A stretch of DNA of 64,000 bases from an uncultured Candidatus Rokubacteria bacterium (GCA_963708025.1 CAVPSB010000022.1:194162-258161); one strand, 5' to 3'; counted from the first letter of the stretch, positions 41,624 through 52,170 are shown. Program-made: numbers and translations. Notes: generated by a model from the sequence alone, not told the origin.

Positions 41624-42403
41624 ATGCCACCCTTCCTCGAGCACCAGCGCCGGTTCTTCTCCCGTGCGGACGCGGGACACTTCGCCTGGCAGACGGAGAA
41701 CCCGTACTTCGCGCGGACCGAGCGTGACCTCCTCGACGGCTTCCCGCTCGGGCCGGGCCGCGTGGTCCTCGAGATCGGCTGCGGCGAGGGCGGCAACGTG
41801 GCGAACCTCGTCCGCGACCGGCGCGAACCGCCGCGGCTGGTCGTCGGCGTCGATCTCTTCGAGCCCAAGCTGCGGTTCGCCGCCCGCCAGGGCCTGCCCG
41901 CGCGGTTCGTCTGCGCGGACGCGCTCGCGCTGCCGTTCCGCGATGCCGCCTTCGACGTCGCCCTCTGCCGGGACCTCCTCCACCACCTCGAGGACGGGGC
42001 GCCGGCGCTCGGCGAGCTGCGCCGGGTGGCGCGTCCGGGTGGCGTGGTCTGGCTCGTCGAGCCCAACGGCCGGAACCCGCTGATCCGGCTCCTCGCCTGG
42101 CTCCGGCCCCACGAGCGCCGTGTCCGGCACAGCTCGGCCGCATCCGTCCGCGCCCTCGCCGAGCGGTTCTTCGCCGAGGTCGAGATCGAGGTCCGGCAAC
42201 CCCTGCCGCTCTATCGGCTCGTCCTCCACTACCAGTACGGGCTTCCCCGGCTGGGCGGCTGGCGGCCGTTCGCCGCGCTCATGGACGCCGCCGAGCGCGG
42301 GCTCCGCGCCGTCTGGCCGCGGAGCCGATGGGCCTACATCGTCGCCGTCCTCCGGAGCCCGGCGGTGCCGGTGGCGGGCGCCCCACGCGGGCCCTCCCCG
42401 TGA
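41624..42403 (+). CDS. Class I SAM-dependent methyltransferase
   Basis: VLEIGCGEG, GVDL, ADALALPF, LLHHL and EPN motifs. Confidence 0.87.
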   Translation: MPPFLEHQRRFFSRADAGHFAWQTENPYFARTERDLLDGFPLGPGRVVLEIGCGEGGNVANLVRDRREPPRLVVGVDLFEPKLRFAARQGLPARFVCADALALPFRDAAFDVALCRDLLHHLEDGAPALGELRRVARPGGVVWLVEPNGRNPLIRLLAWLRPHERRVRHSSAASVRALAERFFAEVEIEVRQPLPLYRLVLHYQYGLPRLGGWRPFAALMDAAERGLRAVWPRSRWAYIVAVLRSPAVPVAGAPRGPSP

Positions 42404-43920
42404 CACGCCCCGCCCGCCTGGACTGCGTCGCCCTGGGCGCGGCGGCGGCCGCCGTCTTCGTCCTCCAGGCGGCGGCGTGGCCCCTGCACGCCGGACGCGA
42501 TCTGAACTCCTACGTCCTCTACTACAACCAGCTCTGGGACGCGCTGCCGGAATGGCACACGGCGATGCTGTACCGGACCCCGGTCGCCCCGCTGTTCATC
42601 GGCGGCCTGTACCGCCTCGGCGGCGCCGCCCTGCTCGAGGCCGGGCTCGGGGCGCTGTTCGTCGCCTCGGTGGTCGGCGTCTACGTCGTGGGCTCGCTCT
42701 GGAGCCGACCGGTCGCGCTCGCCAGCGCCGCCCTCACGGCGCTCGACCCGACCTACGGCGCCCTGTTCCACGAGCTGGCCAGCGACAACCTCCTGGCCGC
42801 CGGCCTGGCGCTCTGGGTCGCCCTCGTCGCGCGGACCTGGCGGCGGCCGACCGTCGCCAGCTACGCCGGCCACGGCGTGGCCGTGTTCCTGCTCGTGCTC
42901 GTCCGACCCGCGGCGCAGACGCTGCTCGCCTTCGCGGTCCAGCCGCTCCTCCAGCCCGGCCTCGGGCTGCGCGCCCGGCTGGTCCGGGCCGCGACCTTCC
43001 TGGGGACCGCGAGCATCCTCCTCGCCGCGTGGGCGGGCTACAACGACCTCCGCTACGACGACTTCGCGGTCACCCGTGGCGGCATGGCGGTAGTGCCATT
43101 CTACCGGGTGTTCGTGGTGGACCGCCTCGTCCGTCCCGACAACGGGCCCGCCTCGGCCGCGCTGGCCCGTGCCGTCGCGGACGACCTGCTGCCCCGCGAG
43201 CCCTACCGCCGGCCCGGGCTCGACGTGGCCACGGTCCTCGGCTCCGGCGACACCCGCGTCTGGTCGGACCTCGCCGCGCTCTCGGACCGGCGCTTCGGGT
43301 GGGACACCGATCACGCCATCCTGCGTCGCGTCGCGATCGAGGCGATTCGGCGACATCCCCTCGCCTACGCCGAGGGGGTCGTCGGCTCGCTCCACACCAC
43401 GTTCCGGGACGAGCTGCGGCCGGCGGCGCCGGCGCGCCGGGTCCCGCCGCCCCCCGGCACCGCCCCGGCCGAGTTCGTCCCGGGCGACGGCCAGATCGTC
43501 CCGCACAGCCACGTGCACTGGCTGCGCTCCGCGCCCGAGTACCCGCTGTCGCCCGCGCGCGCGCCCCGGCCGGCGGGCGACGGCTGGCGCGTCGCGCTCA
43601 GCGAGGACGCGCTCCCCGTCCGGGACGGCTCGGGGATAGTGGCCGCCCTCCTCAACCGCGGCGTCGCCCGGCTCTACCCGCCGATGTTCGTGTTCCTGGG
43701 ACTCGGCGCCGTCGGCGCGCTCCTCTGCCGGCACCCGGCGGCCCGCCTCTTCCTGTTTCTCGCGGGGCTGGCCGTGCTCCACGTTCTCTTCATCTGCGCG
43801 TCGACCACCCTGGCGGTCCAGTACCGGGTCCCCTTCGACCCGATCCTGATCACCCTGGGGGTGGCCGGGTTCATCCGGTACGGCTTCGGCGGCCGTCCGG
43901 CGACGCCCGCCCCGGCGTAG
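42400..43920 (+). CDS. Polytopic membrane protein, putative GT-C glycosyltransferase
   Basis: Early GRDLNSY loop, RTPVAPLF, ASDN, LVRP, a large soluble loop, and C-terminal QYRVPFDP; multiple TMs. Confidence 0.65.
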   Translation: MTRPARLDCVALGAAAAAVFVLQAAAWPLHAGRDLNSYVLYYNQLWDALPEWHTAMLYRTPVAPLFIGGLYRLGGAALLEAGLGALFVASVVGVYVVGSLWSRPVALASAALTALDPTYGALFHELASDNLLAAGLALWVALVARTWRRPTVASYAGHGVAVFLLVLVRPAAQTLLAFAVQPLLQPGLGLRARLVRAATFLGTASILLAAWAGYNDLRYDDFAVTRGGMAVVPFYRVFVVDRLVRPDNGPASAALARAVADDLLPREPYRRPGLDVATVLGSGDTRVWSDLAALSDRRFGWDTDHAILRRVAIEAIRRHPLAYAEGVVGSLHTTFRDELRPAAPARRVPPPPGTAPAEFVPGDGQIVPHSHVHWLRSAPEYPLSPARAPRPAGDGWRVALSEDALPVRDGSGIVAALLNRGVARLYPPMFVFLGLGAVGALLCRHPAARLFLFLAGLAVLHVLFICASTTLAVQYRVPFDPILITLGVAGFIRYGFGGRPATPAPA

Positions 43921-43928
43921 GCCACCCG

Positions 43929-45263
43929 GTGCCCGACCGCCCCGCCCCCGGATGGCGCCGGTACGTCAACACCCTCATCGCCCGCGAGGTCTCGTCGCTC
44001 ACCCGGCACTTCGACCGGGTCCTCCAGTGGATGGCGCGCCCCGAGGACACCGGACTGCTCCTGGAGCGCATCGAGGCCCCGGCCAAGGCGCGGCTCGATG
44101 CGGACACCCTCCCGGATCTCGGCCACGAGGGTGGCTCCCGCACCGCGATCCTCCTGAACGGCGTCTTCAACCACCACTTCGACGTCCAGGCCCTGCTCTC
44201 CGGGGTCCACCCCCGGCTGGCCCGCACGGCCCGGCTCGTCGTCGTGCTCTACAACCCCTACTTCGCCTGGCTCTACCGGCTGGCGAACCGCTGGGGGATC
44301 CGGCAGGGCGCGGAGCCCGCGACCTTCGTGACCCGGACCGACCTCGCCAACCTGGCCCGGCTCTCCGGCTTCGAGACGACCCGGATGCGGCCGGCCGTGT
44401 ACTGCCCGTGGCGGCTCCTCGGCCTGGGCACGCTCCTGAACCGCGTCCTCCCGGCCGTCCCGCTCGTGCGCTGGCTGGGGCTGGTCACGATCGCCGTGCT
44501 GCGGCCCGTCGTTGACGAGCGGCCGCGCGCCCCCTCGCTCTCGGTGATCGTCCCGGCGCGGAACGAGCGCGGCAACATCGCGGCCGTCGTCGAGCGCCTC
44601 CCCGCCCTCACCGGCGACCTGGAGGTCATCTTCGTCGAGGGGCACTCCACCGACGGCACCTGGGACGAGATCGACCGGGTGCTCCGGGAGCAGACCGGAC
44701 CGGTCCGCGTGCGGGCGCTCCGGCAGACGGGAACCGGTAAGGCCGACGCGGTGCGCCTGGGGCTCGAGCACGCGACCGGGGAGCTGGTGACGATCCTCGA
44801 CGCGGACCTGACGATGCCGCCGGAGCTGCTCGGGCGCTTCTACGACGCCTACCGGGCGGGGCTGGCCGACTTCGTCAACGGCTCCCGGCTGGTCTACCCG
44901 ATGGAAGGCGTGGCCATGCGCTTCCTGAACCTCCTCGGCAACGTCTTCTTCGCCAAGACCCTGAGTGTCGTGCTCGACACCCGGCTCGGGGACAGCCTGT
45001 GCGGCACGAAGCTGTTCGCGCGCCACGACTGGGCCCGGTTCCGGGCGTGGACCCGGGGCTTCGGCGAGTACGACCCGTTCGGCGACTTCGAGCTCTTGTT
45101 CCCCGCCGCCGTCCTCGGTCTCGGGATCATCGACGTGCCCATCCGCTACCGGCAGCGCACCTACGGCGCCACCAACATCCGGCGGTTTCGCGACGGCCTC
45201 CGCCTCCTGCGGATGACCGTGCGGGCAATCGGCTACATCAAGCTGGGACCCGGTGCCGGCTGA
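43929..45263 (+). CDS. GT2 glycosyltransferase (polyprenyl-phosphate type) with a degenerate methyltransferase-like N-terminal domain
   Basis: SVIVPARNERGN, VEGHSTDGT, GKADAVR, ILDADL, DSLCGTK and DPFGDFELL motifs. Confidence 0.85.
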   Translation: MPDRPAPGWRRYVNTLIAREVSSLTRHFDRVLQWMARPEDTGLLLERIEAPAKARLDADTLPDLGHEGGSRTAILLNGVFNHHFDVQALLSGVHPRLARTARLVVVLYNPYFAWLYRLANRWGIRQGAEPATFVTRTDLANLARLSGFETTRMRPAVYCPWRLLGLGTLLNRVLPAVPLVRWLGLVTIAVLRPVVDERPRAPSLSVIVPARNERGNIAAVVERLPALTGDLEVIFVEGHSTDGTWDEIDRVLREQTGPVRVRALRQTGTGKADAVRLGLEHATGELVTILDADLTMPPELLGRFYDAYRAGLADFVNGSRLVYPMEGVAMRFLNLLGNVFFAKTLSVVLDTRLGDSLCGTKLFARHDWARFRAWTRGFGEYDPFGDFELLFPAAVLGLGIIDVPIRYRQRTYGATNIRRFRDGLRLLRMTVRAIGYIKLGPGAG

Positions 45264-45320
45264 AGGAGGCGAGGGCCAGAGCGCCGGGAGCCTGAGGCTC
45301 GGTCCCGATCGAGGCGCCCC

Positions 45321-46691
45321 TCACCCCGCGCGGAGGCGTCGCCAGATCCGGCGCGCTCCCCCATAGCGCAGACCGACCCACCCCACGCGGCCGAGATACG
45401 CGGCGACCTCGGCGAGGTCGGCGAGGCGCGAGCGCCCGAGTCGATCCGGGGCGCGCGCCGGCGCGCGGCAGAACTCGCGGAGCGGCGTGACCAGGCGGTC
45501 CCAGGTCAGCTCCGCGGCCAGGGCCCGCGATGCGGCCCGCCAGCTGCCAGCCGCGGCCGGGTCCTCGAGCAGCCGGTGGATCGCCGCGGCCCACCCGTCG
45601 ACGTCACCGGGCTTCAGGACCAGTCCGGCCCCTCGGGCCCGGACGGCCTCGGAGAGGTCGTCGCCCTGCGTGCAGAGCACCGGCAAGCCCGCCCAGAAGT
45701 AGTCCAGAAGCCGGGTCCGGAAGGCGAAGCGCCCCTCGATGTGGTCGGGATGGGCGCTCACCCCCGCGTCCGCGTCCAGCAGCGCGGCTTGGCGCTCCTG
45801 GTAGGGGACCCACCCCGAGTTGAAGAAGACGTGGCGCTCATGGAGGCCGAGCGCGCGGGCCAGCGACTCCGCCTCGGCAAGCATCCTCATGCGCGGGATC
45901 CTGGGATTCGGGTGCTGGACTCCCATGAAGACGAGCTTGAGGTCCCCCCGTGTGGCCGCGACCCGGCCGACGGCCCGGATGACGGTCAAGGGATCGAGCC
46001 AGTCCCAAACGCCCCCGCCCCACAGCAGGATCCGGTCGGACTCGCCCAGGCCCGGCCAGCGGCCACGAAGCCCAGGTCCCTGCCGCCGGGGCGGCTCCGA
46101 GGGCAGCCCGAACGGGACCACGGTGATCAGCCGCCGGAGGAGCGGGTCATCGCGATGGGTGTGCCAGTTGAGCCGTCCCCCGGCGGCCAGCATGCCGAGC
46201 CAGAAGTCCCGCTGCCGTTCCCCCGTGCACAGGAACAGGTCGCCGACCGCGATGAGGGCATTGAGCCGCGCGGCGACGTAGCTCTGAGGGAACCGCGCGG
46301 CGCGCGCCGGCATCCCGTCGTAGTGTTCCAGTAGCTCCAGCGGGAGCGGATCGTAGAGATCCACTACGATCACCTTGCGTGTGAGCCCCAGCACCGTGAT
46401 CGGGAAACGGAACCCCTGGGAGACCACCACGTCGCACCACCGGACCAGCCGACGGAGCCGCCGGCGCCCGTGCTGGACCACCCGGAACCCCTCGCCGGTG
46501 AGGCCCGGATCGTTCGGCGCCGCGAGAATGACCTCGGCGTCCCGGCTGAGCGCCCGGGCGAACTCCCAGTAGCGGATCGCCGGCCCGGCCATCGCCGGCC
46601 CGACGGTATCGGCCGAGATGAGGAGGACCCGGGTTCTCGCCACCCGCTCGGGACTGGCAGCTGCGACGCGGTCGCTCCCTAGGGCGGTCAC
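45321..46691 (-). CDS. GT4-type glycosyltransferase
   Basis: MAGPAIR, VDLYDP, WGGGVWDWLDP, FRTRLLDY..AGLP and LTWD motifs. Confidence 0.82.
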   Translation of the reverse strand: MTALGSDRVAAASPERVARTRVLLISADTVGPAMAGPAIRYWEFARALSRDAEVILAAPNDPGLTGEGFRVVQHGRRRLRRLVRWCDVVVSQGFRFPITVLGLTRKVIVVDLYDPLPLELLEHYDGMPARAARFPQSYVAARLNALIAVGDLFLCTGERQRDFWLGMLAAGGRLNWHTHRDDPLLRRLITVVPFGLPSEPPRRQGPGLRGRWPGLGESDRILLWGGGVWDWLDPLTVIRAVGRVAATRGDLKLVFMGVQHPNPRIPRMRMLAEAESLARALGLHERHVFFNSGWVPYQERQAALLDADAGVSAHPDHIEGRFAFRTRLLDYFWAGLPVLCTQGDDLSEAVRARGAGLVLKPGDVDGWAAAIHRLLEDPAAAGSWRAASRALAAELTWDRLVTPLREFCRAPARAPDRLGRSRLADLAEVAAYLGRVGWVGLRYGGARRIWRRLRAG

Positions 46692-46893
46692 GACCAGAGC
46701 GACGACCGGTGGGTCAAGTTCTCGGGGGTGGGGCTGAGGTGCGAGCGGTGCCCGCAGGCCGCAGACCGTCGAACCGGCGCAGGGAGTCGCCGGGCCGCAG
46801 GAATACTCCGAGTACGCCGAGGACCGGCAACGACCTCCAAGACCGATGGCCGTCCGAACAACGACGCGATGCGACGCTCATCGGCCCCGCCCC

Positions 46894-48372
46894 CTAGACA
46901 CCGAGCGTGCCGCCAGACAGCGACTTGGAGCGCCCGAGCCACGCCCGGAGCTGCGCGCGGTCCTCCGCGCGGACCTCGCCGAGCAGGGCGAGGACCGCGC
47001 CGTAGACGAGCGCCCCCACCGGGATGAGCAGGAGCGGGACAGCGCCGAGCGCCAGGCTCCGGTCGAGCACCCCTCCCATCACCGTGGCCGCGATGGCCGG
47101 GCGCCACAGGATCGCGGGAAGCGACGGCAGCCTGTCCACGACCGACCGGACGAACCGAAGCTGGATGGCGAGCCCGGTGGCCTCGGCGACGACGAAGCCG
47201 ACCGCGGCCCCCAGGATCCCATAGCGCGCCACCAGGAGCACGCTGAGCGCGGCGTAACCGCCGGTGTGGGCGAGCGCCCAGGGGAGGTAGCGTCGTCCCT
47301 GGTCGGAGCTGAAGATCACGTGGCCGACGGGCGCGTTGAGATAGAGGAGGGCGAGCCCCCAGACCAGGATCCTGAGAACCGGCGCCGCCGCGCCGTACCT
47401 GGTTCCGTACACCACCTCGATGACGGGGGCGGCCAGGATCGTGAGGCCGGTCGCCACCGGCAGGGCCAGCACGCCGAGAATCCGCACCGCGTTCCGGTAG
47501 GTGGCGCCGAGGGGACCGGTGACGCCGGCCCGCGACTGGGCGGCCATCAGCGGGAAGAGCCCGCCCATGAGCGCCAGCGGCAGCACGGTCAGCGCCTCGA
47601 CCAGCTTGAACGCGGCGTTGTAGAGGCCGACCGCCTGGGGCCCTCCTTCCGTGAAGAGCACGATCGTGGCCACCCTGAGGTACACCATCGCCAGGATCGT
47701 GAAGCACCCGTACGGCCACGCGCGCTCCAGCAACCGCCAGGCCGCGAGCCATGCGCGCTCGCTGCCCGCCGCGGCCGGCCGCACGCTCCCGAGCACCCAG
47801 CCGGCCGCCAGGCTCGCCTCGAGCGCATTCACCAGGACGAGGACCGCGAGCAGGCCCGTTACCCCCCAGCCCGCCGCCAGCACGGGCCATGCGGACGCCA
47901 GCATAACGAAGGCGCCCAGGGCCGACAGGCTGGCGACTCGGGCGATCCGCTCCCGGGCTGTCAGGATCGCCGTGAACGCCCCGGTCACCGCCATCGGAAA
48001 CAGCGAGAGGCCTCCCATCCAGAGGTGCCGCTGCTGCTCGAGGGGATAGCCCGCCGCCAGCCCGACCAGGCCGAGTCCCAGGCACGCGGCGCCGGCCATG
48101 GCGCTTCGCAACAGGAGCGCGCGACGGAGGTACGCCGCAGCCAGGCCGGGGTCTTGGGCGACGTCGCGCACCGTGATGACCGTCACGCCGAAGTCGCTCA
48201 CGGCCCCGAAAATCGTCAGGTAGGCAGTCACCATCATCAGCTGCCCGAACCCGTCCGGCTCGAGGGCGCGCGCGACCAACATGAGGTAGAGCAACGTCAG
48301 GAGGCGGCCGACGACGTTCGCCCCGAGCAGGGCGAGGATGTTGCCGAGCCGACCGAGTGGTCCGACGCTCAT
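46894..48372 (-). CDS. Wzx-type polysaccharide flippase
   Basis: About 14 TMs; ARAL..DGFG, DFG, VGLYNAA, FPL, YGTRY..AAPVL and YGILGAA motifs. Confidence 0.87.
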   Translation of the reverse strand: MSVGPLGRLGNILALLGANVVGRLLTLLYLMLVARALEPDGFGQLMMVTAYLTIFGAVSDFGVTVITVRDVAQDPGLAAAYLRRALLLRSAMAGAACLGLGLVGLAAGYPLEQQRHLWMGGLSLFPMAVTGAFTAILTARERIARVASLSALGAFVMLASAWPVLAAGWGVTGLLAVLVLVNALEASLAAGWVLGSVRPAAAGSERAWLAAWRLLERAWPYGCFTILAMVYLRVATIVLFTEGGPQAVGLYNAAFKLVEALTVLPLALMGGLFPLMAAQSRAGVTGPLGATYRNAVRILGVLALPVATGLTILAAPVIEVVYGTRYGAAAPVLRILVWGLALLYLNAPVGHVIFSSDQGRRYLPWALAHTGGYAALSVLLVARYGILGAAVGFVVAEATGLAIQLRFVRSVVDRLPSLPAILWRPAIAATVMGGVLDRSLALGAVPLLLIPVGALVYGAVLALLGEVRAEDRAQLRAWLGRSKSLSGGTLGV

Positions 48373-49079
48373 CCCGGCCCCGACGACCCGGGGGTGACCA
48401 TCCGCGACAGCCCGAGGAGCAGCGCCCCCAGGGCCAGCCCGTACAGCAGCAGCAAGACGACGTACGTGCCGCTCCAGCTCCACGGCGCCGGACGCCCGGC
48501 GGTCAACCGCTGCTGGAGCACACCGAGCGCCTGCCCGCTGCTCATGCGGAAGGAGGCGAGGAACGTCATGTCGCGGTCCGGCACCGGCACCCCGTTCCGG
48601 CGGTAGGCCCCTCCCGGGTACGCATCGCGATCGGCACCCCAGATCTGGAGGGCGGGCTGGACGGTCGGGTCCTCGGGCTCCAGCGAAAACTCCCAGCCGC
48701 CTCCCGCCGGCGCCGACAGCGGCGGAAACCGGGCCGTGACGTACCCGTGACGGCCCGGCACCCGCGACGTCATGATGACGTTGACCCGCTCCGGTCCCTC
48801 CGGGAACTCGCGGAGGCGAAACCGCACTCGAGGTGGCGGTGTGGGCACTGGATACGTGACCGTGAAGTCGATCTGGGTGAGTCCGGGCCCCGCCGAGCGG
48901 AAAGTCTGAGCGTACACTCCTGCGCCGAGTACATCCAGCAGCTGGCCGCGCGATGGCTGCTCGACCAGCACGACGCGGGACTCACTCAGGGCGACGAGCC
49001 CGCCCAGAAGCCCGATCCCGGCCAGGCCAAACAGGAGCCACCGCCCGCCCCACGCGCTGGGGAGGAGGCGCGCAATCAC
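48369..49079 (-). CDS. Hypothetical protein with N- and C-terminal TM segments and a soluble beta-rich domain
   Basis: Coupled by GTGA/ATGA-type overlaps to both neighbours; AQTFRS..GLTQI and YPGG..RNG..DRDMTF. Confidence 0.65.
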   Translation of the reverse strand: MIARLLPSAWGGRWLLFGLAGIGLLGGLVALSESRVVLVEQPSRGQLLDVLGAGVYAQTFRSAGPGLTQIDFTVTYPVPTPPPRVRFRLREFPEGPERVNVIMTSRVPGRHGYVTARFPPLSAPAGGGWEFSLEPEDPTVQPALQIWGADRDAYPGGAYRRNGVPVPDRDMTFLASFRMSSGQALGVLQQRLTAGRPAPWSWSGTYVVLLLLYGLALGALLLGLSRMVTPGSSGPG

Positions 49080-50572
49080 AGCCGCCCGAGCAGCGTCACC
49101 CCGTAGAAGAACGGTATGACGTAGTGAACGACGCAGACCGCGTCGAAGACCGCCAGCCCGGCCAGAAGCATCCAGCAGACCCGCCAGTCGCCGGCCGGGC
49201 GCGCCACCCGGGTCAGCCCGAGCACGAGCAGGAGCGCCAGCGGGATCACCACCGGATAGAGGTTCCGGCCTTGCGACATGGTGAAGACGAGCGCATCCCG
49301 CATGAACGTGAAGAGGAACACCCAGAAGGCGGCGCCGGCTAGGAAGACCAGCGCGTCCCGCTGCCACGGCGCCAGGCGGTCCCTCTCCGGGGTCACCCCG
49401 CGGGCGAGGAGCCCCAGTCCCAGGGCGGCGACCCCGATGACGACCAAGAGCAGGCCATACAGCCCGTTGGCCACGGGCACTTCCATGTGGCCGAAATTGC
49501 CCCAGAACCCGCGAAACAGGGTTGGGAAGTACTGGCGGCGAAGCCACAGCGGGGTCTCGCCAATGCTCCCCACCCGGCCTACGATGAACTCCGCCGGCGA
49601 GGCGCCGAACTGCCTCGCGAAGCCCTGGGAGAACCCGTCGAGGGCCGCCGTCACCGCCCGAGGGAGCGCGGCCTTGTCTCGCTCGTAGCGCTCGGCGAGC
49701 GGGGAGAGCCATGACGGCGTACTCAGGGACAGCACGGCCACCGCCACCAGGAGCCCGCCCCGCGTCAGGGCATAGCCTGGCCACGTCCCGCCCCGCCGCC
49801 GGAACCGGCGGAGATCCCAGTACGACAGCAGGATCGGCACCAGGGCCCATCCGGACTTCTTCGTCAGGAGCGCCATCGCCGTCAGCGAGGCCAGACCCGT
49901 CCATCCAACCCACGAAAGGCCGCGACGGATCGAGCGCACCGTCAGCGCGAACACGCCGGCGAACGCGATCTCGACGGGCTTGTCGTTGGTGATCGCTCCG
50001 CTGAGACTGGTGTACTGGGGGATGAATGTGATGAGGCCGGCCACCGCGAACGCCACCGCCGGGCGGTCCGGCAGCAGCTCGCGCGCGACCTGGTAGGCGA
50101 TGGCGACGATCACCAGGCTCATGACGATCGAGAGAAAGCGCAGGGCGTAGGCTTCGTCGTCGATCGACCCCAGCGCCAGCGTGCGCAGGACGCCAGCGGC
50201 CACAAGATAGTAGAGTGGTGGCTGGTTGAGCTCGGGATACCCGAATGCTCCGAGGTTGTCGGGATCGGGGATGCGCCGAATCTCCCAGTAGCGGTGGCGG
50301 ACCAGCGACTCCGAGATCTCGCGGCGGAGATCGGAGTGGGTCCGGGCCGGGGTGCCGACGGCCCTGCCCCCCCCGAGCGCCCCCACGACGCGGTAGGCGA
50401 TCGTGTCTTCCAGCGGGAGATCCAGGCGCATCGCCTCGCGGTCGGCGAGGAGCTTGATGTACTCGAAGTGGACCAGCTCGTCGGGATTCTGCCAGGGCGG
50501 GAGCAGGACGGCGTACAGGACTGCCCGGATCAGCTGGATCGCGAGAAGGAGGATGAGCAGGCGACGACCCAA
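49076..50572 (-). CDS. DUF2142/ArnT-like GT-C membrane glycosyltransferase
   Basis: PPWQNPDELVH, QPPLYY, TND, LLTK, FWGNFG and QGRNLYP motifs; multiple TMs. Confidence 0.78.
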   Translation of the reverse strand: MGRRLLILLLAIQLIRAVLYAVLLPPWQNPDELVHFEYIKLLADREAMRLDLPLEDTIAYRVVGALGGGRAVGTPARTHSDLRREISESLVRHRYWEIRRIPDPDNLGAFGYPELNQPPLYYLVAAGVLRTLALGSIDDEAYALRFLSIVMSLVIVAIAYQVARELLPDRPAVAFAVAGLITFIPQYTSLSGAITNDKPVEIAFAGVFALTVRSIRRGLSWVGWTGLASLTAMALLTKKSGWALVPILLSYWDLRRFRRRGGTWPGYALTRGGLLVAVAVLSLSTPSWLSPLAERYERDKAALPRAVTAALDGFSQGFARQFGASPAEFIVGRVGSIGETPLWLRRQYFPTLFRGFWGNFGHMEVPVANGLYGLLLVVIGVAALGLGLLARGVTPERDRLAPWQRDALVFLAGAAFWVFLFTFMRDALVFTMSQGRNLYPVVIPLALLLVLGLTRVARPAGDWRVCWMLLAGLAVFDAVCVVHYVIPFFYGVTLLGRL

Positions 50573-50752
50573 GACTCGCTGCCTACGGAGTGGGCATCCG
50601 GCTTCCCGGCGTCAGCCGTGATTCGCGAGATATCTCGTCCCCATCCGGCCGCTTGGCCACGACCCGGCCCCCGGTGTCTCGAAACGGCCATTCCGGCTCG
50701 GGGAGAACGCGCGAGGTTCACGTGACCCGGACGCCCAGCGTCCACTCGCGGC

Positions 50753-50781
50753 ATCCTAGCACGGACGCCCCGGACCCGCAA
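50753..50781 (-). promoter_or_regulatory. Putative sigma70 promoter for the 50572-45321 operon
   Basis: Minus strand TTGCGG-N17-TAGGAT with a TG extension. Confidence 0.4.
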
Positions 50782-50891
50782 CCAAGCCCCGGGCGCCCGC
50801 GAGCGCCAAAGGTCGCGTGGACGGGGGTCAGGACCTGATCAGGTCGGCCCAATCGGCCGGGATCTCGACCCGAGGCGGCGACCGCTCTCGC

Positions 50892-51902
50892 TCACCGGGT
50901 GCTGGGCATCCGCACCGCGAGCCCGACGACCCCCGCCCAGGCCCGGCGCGCGGCGTCGTCACCGGCCAGGGCCGCGCCCGCGCAGCGGAGGAGGCCGCCG
51001 GCGACGAGGATGGCCCGGAGGCCGAGCCGCCGCGCCCACCCGTAGTGCTTGTCGTAGAACTGCCGCATGCTCCGCATGCGCTCCAGGACCGTGATCTCCG
51101 GGCGACCGCGCGACGACCCCCCCACGTGGTGGACCACCTCGGCGGCCGGGTCGAACCAGACGCGCCAGCCGGCCTGTCCGGCGCGGAGGCAGAAGTCCTT
51201 CTCCTCGAAGTAGAGGAAGAACCGCGGATCGAACCCGCCGATCCGATCGACGACCTCCCGCCGGATCAGCATGCAGGCGCCGGTCACGTAGTCGACCGGG
51301 CGGGACTCGCGTGGGGATCCAGCTGTCCGAAGTACCGCCCCAGCCACCAGCCCAGGCGCGGCCCGCAGACAGCTGACCGGCACGAGCCGCCGGAGGCGAA
51401 GGACCGTCCCCGGCCGCCTGGAAGAGCGTCGGAAAGCGGTAGGCGGACGTCTGGAGGCTCCCGTCGGGATTCCGGAGCCGCGGCCCGACGACGCCGGCAT
51501 CCGGGTGTGCCTCGGCGAACGCCACGAGCGCGCGAAAGACCGGCGACACGAGGTCGGTGTCGGGATTGAGGAGGAGGACGATACCGTCCCTTGGCCGACC
51601 GTCGAGCCCTGATTGACCGCGGCCGCGAAGCCGACGTTGGCTCGCGGTTCGGGATCAGATGCGACCTCCGGGAACCGGCGGAGCGCCTCGAGGCTCCCGT
51701 CCGTGGACGCGTTGTCGACGACGAAGATCTCGAGAGCGAGGTCGCCGCCGAACCGCCGGATCGACGCGAGGCACGCCTCGAGAAAGGACCCGGCGTTGTA
51801 GTTCACGATGATGACGGACAGATCCACGGCCCTCACCGCCGGCGGAGCCGCCGCCCCCTTCGGCGGAAGCCCGCGTGTCGCGGCGCCACCCACCCCGGAC
51901 AC
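50892..51902 (-). CDS. GT2 glycosyltransferase (WbbL-like), several compensating frameshifts in 51310-51660
   Basis: SVIIVNYN, VVDNASTDGS, NVGFAAAVN, LLLNPD (shifted frame), TGACMLIR and FDPRFFLYFEEKD. Confidence 0.82.
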   Translation of the reverse strand: MSGVGGAATRGLPPKGAAAPPAVRAVDLSVIIVNYNAGSFLEACLASIRRFGGDLALEIFVVDNASTDGSLEALRRFPEVASDPEPRANVGFAAAVNQGSTVGQGTVSSSSSIPTPTSCRRSFARSWRSPRHTRMPASSGRGSGIPTGASRRPPTAFRRSSRRPGTVLRLRRLVPVSCLRAAPGLVAGAVLRTAGSPRESRPVDYVTGACMLIRREVVDRIGGFDPRFFLYFEEKDFCLRAGQAGWRVWFDPAAEVVHHVGGSSRGRPEITVLERMRSMRQFYDKHYGWARRLGLRAILVAGGLLRCAGAALAGDDAARRAWAGVVGLAVRMPSTR

Positions 51903-51954
51903 CCAACCCGCGCCGCCTTCGTCGGGTCATGGTACCCCGAGAAGGGTCAGGGCG

Positions 51955-52131
51955 TGAGAGCGTGTGAAGGAATCGGGTCCCTCCGGCCCCCCCTCCCCCC
52001 GGTGCCGGCCGGAGGGACGGGACGTCGCCCACAGGCCGAAGGCCGTCCGATCGGCCGCAGGCCCGAGCCGTCCCGGCGATACGGTCAAACGGGAGGGCTG
52101 GGGGGGTGGGCGGGAGGTCCCGAACTGAGGA
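51955..52131 (+). repeat. Dispersed intergenic repeat, copy 3 (antisense to flanking genes)
   Basis: TGAGAGCGTGTGAAGGAAT..CCCCCCTCCCCC..CAGGCCGAAGGCCGTC..GGGCGGGAGGTCCCGAACTGAGGA. Confidence 0.85.
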
Positions 52132-52170
52132 AAGGGCCGGCCCGCGCCGACGCCGCCGCGATCGGCGCCG

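Noticed and set aside
42120-45263. 1047-aa ORF as one giant glycosyltransferase
   Set aside because: The first ~600 residues are an Arg/Pro-rich off-frame read of the 41624 and 42400 genes; the GT2 starts near 43929.
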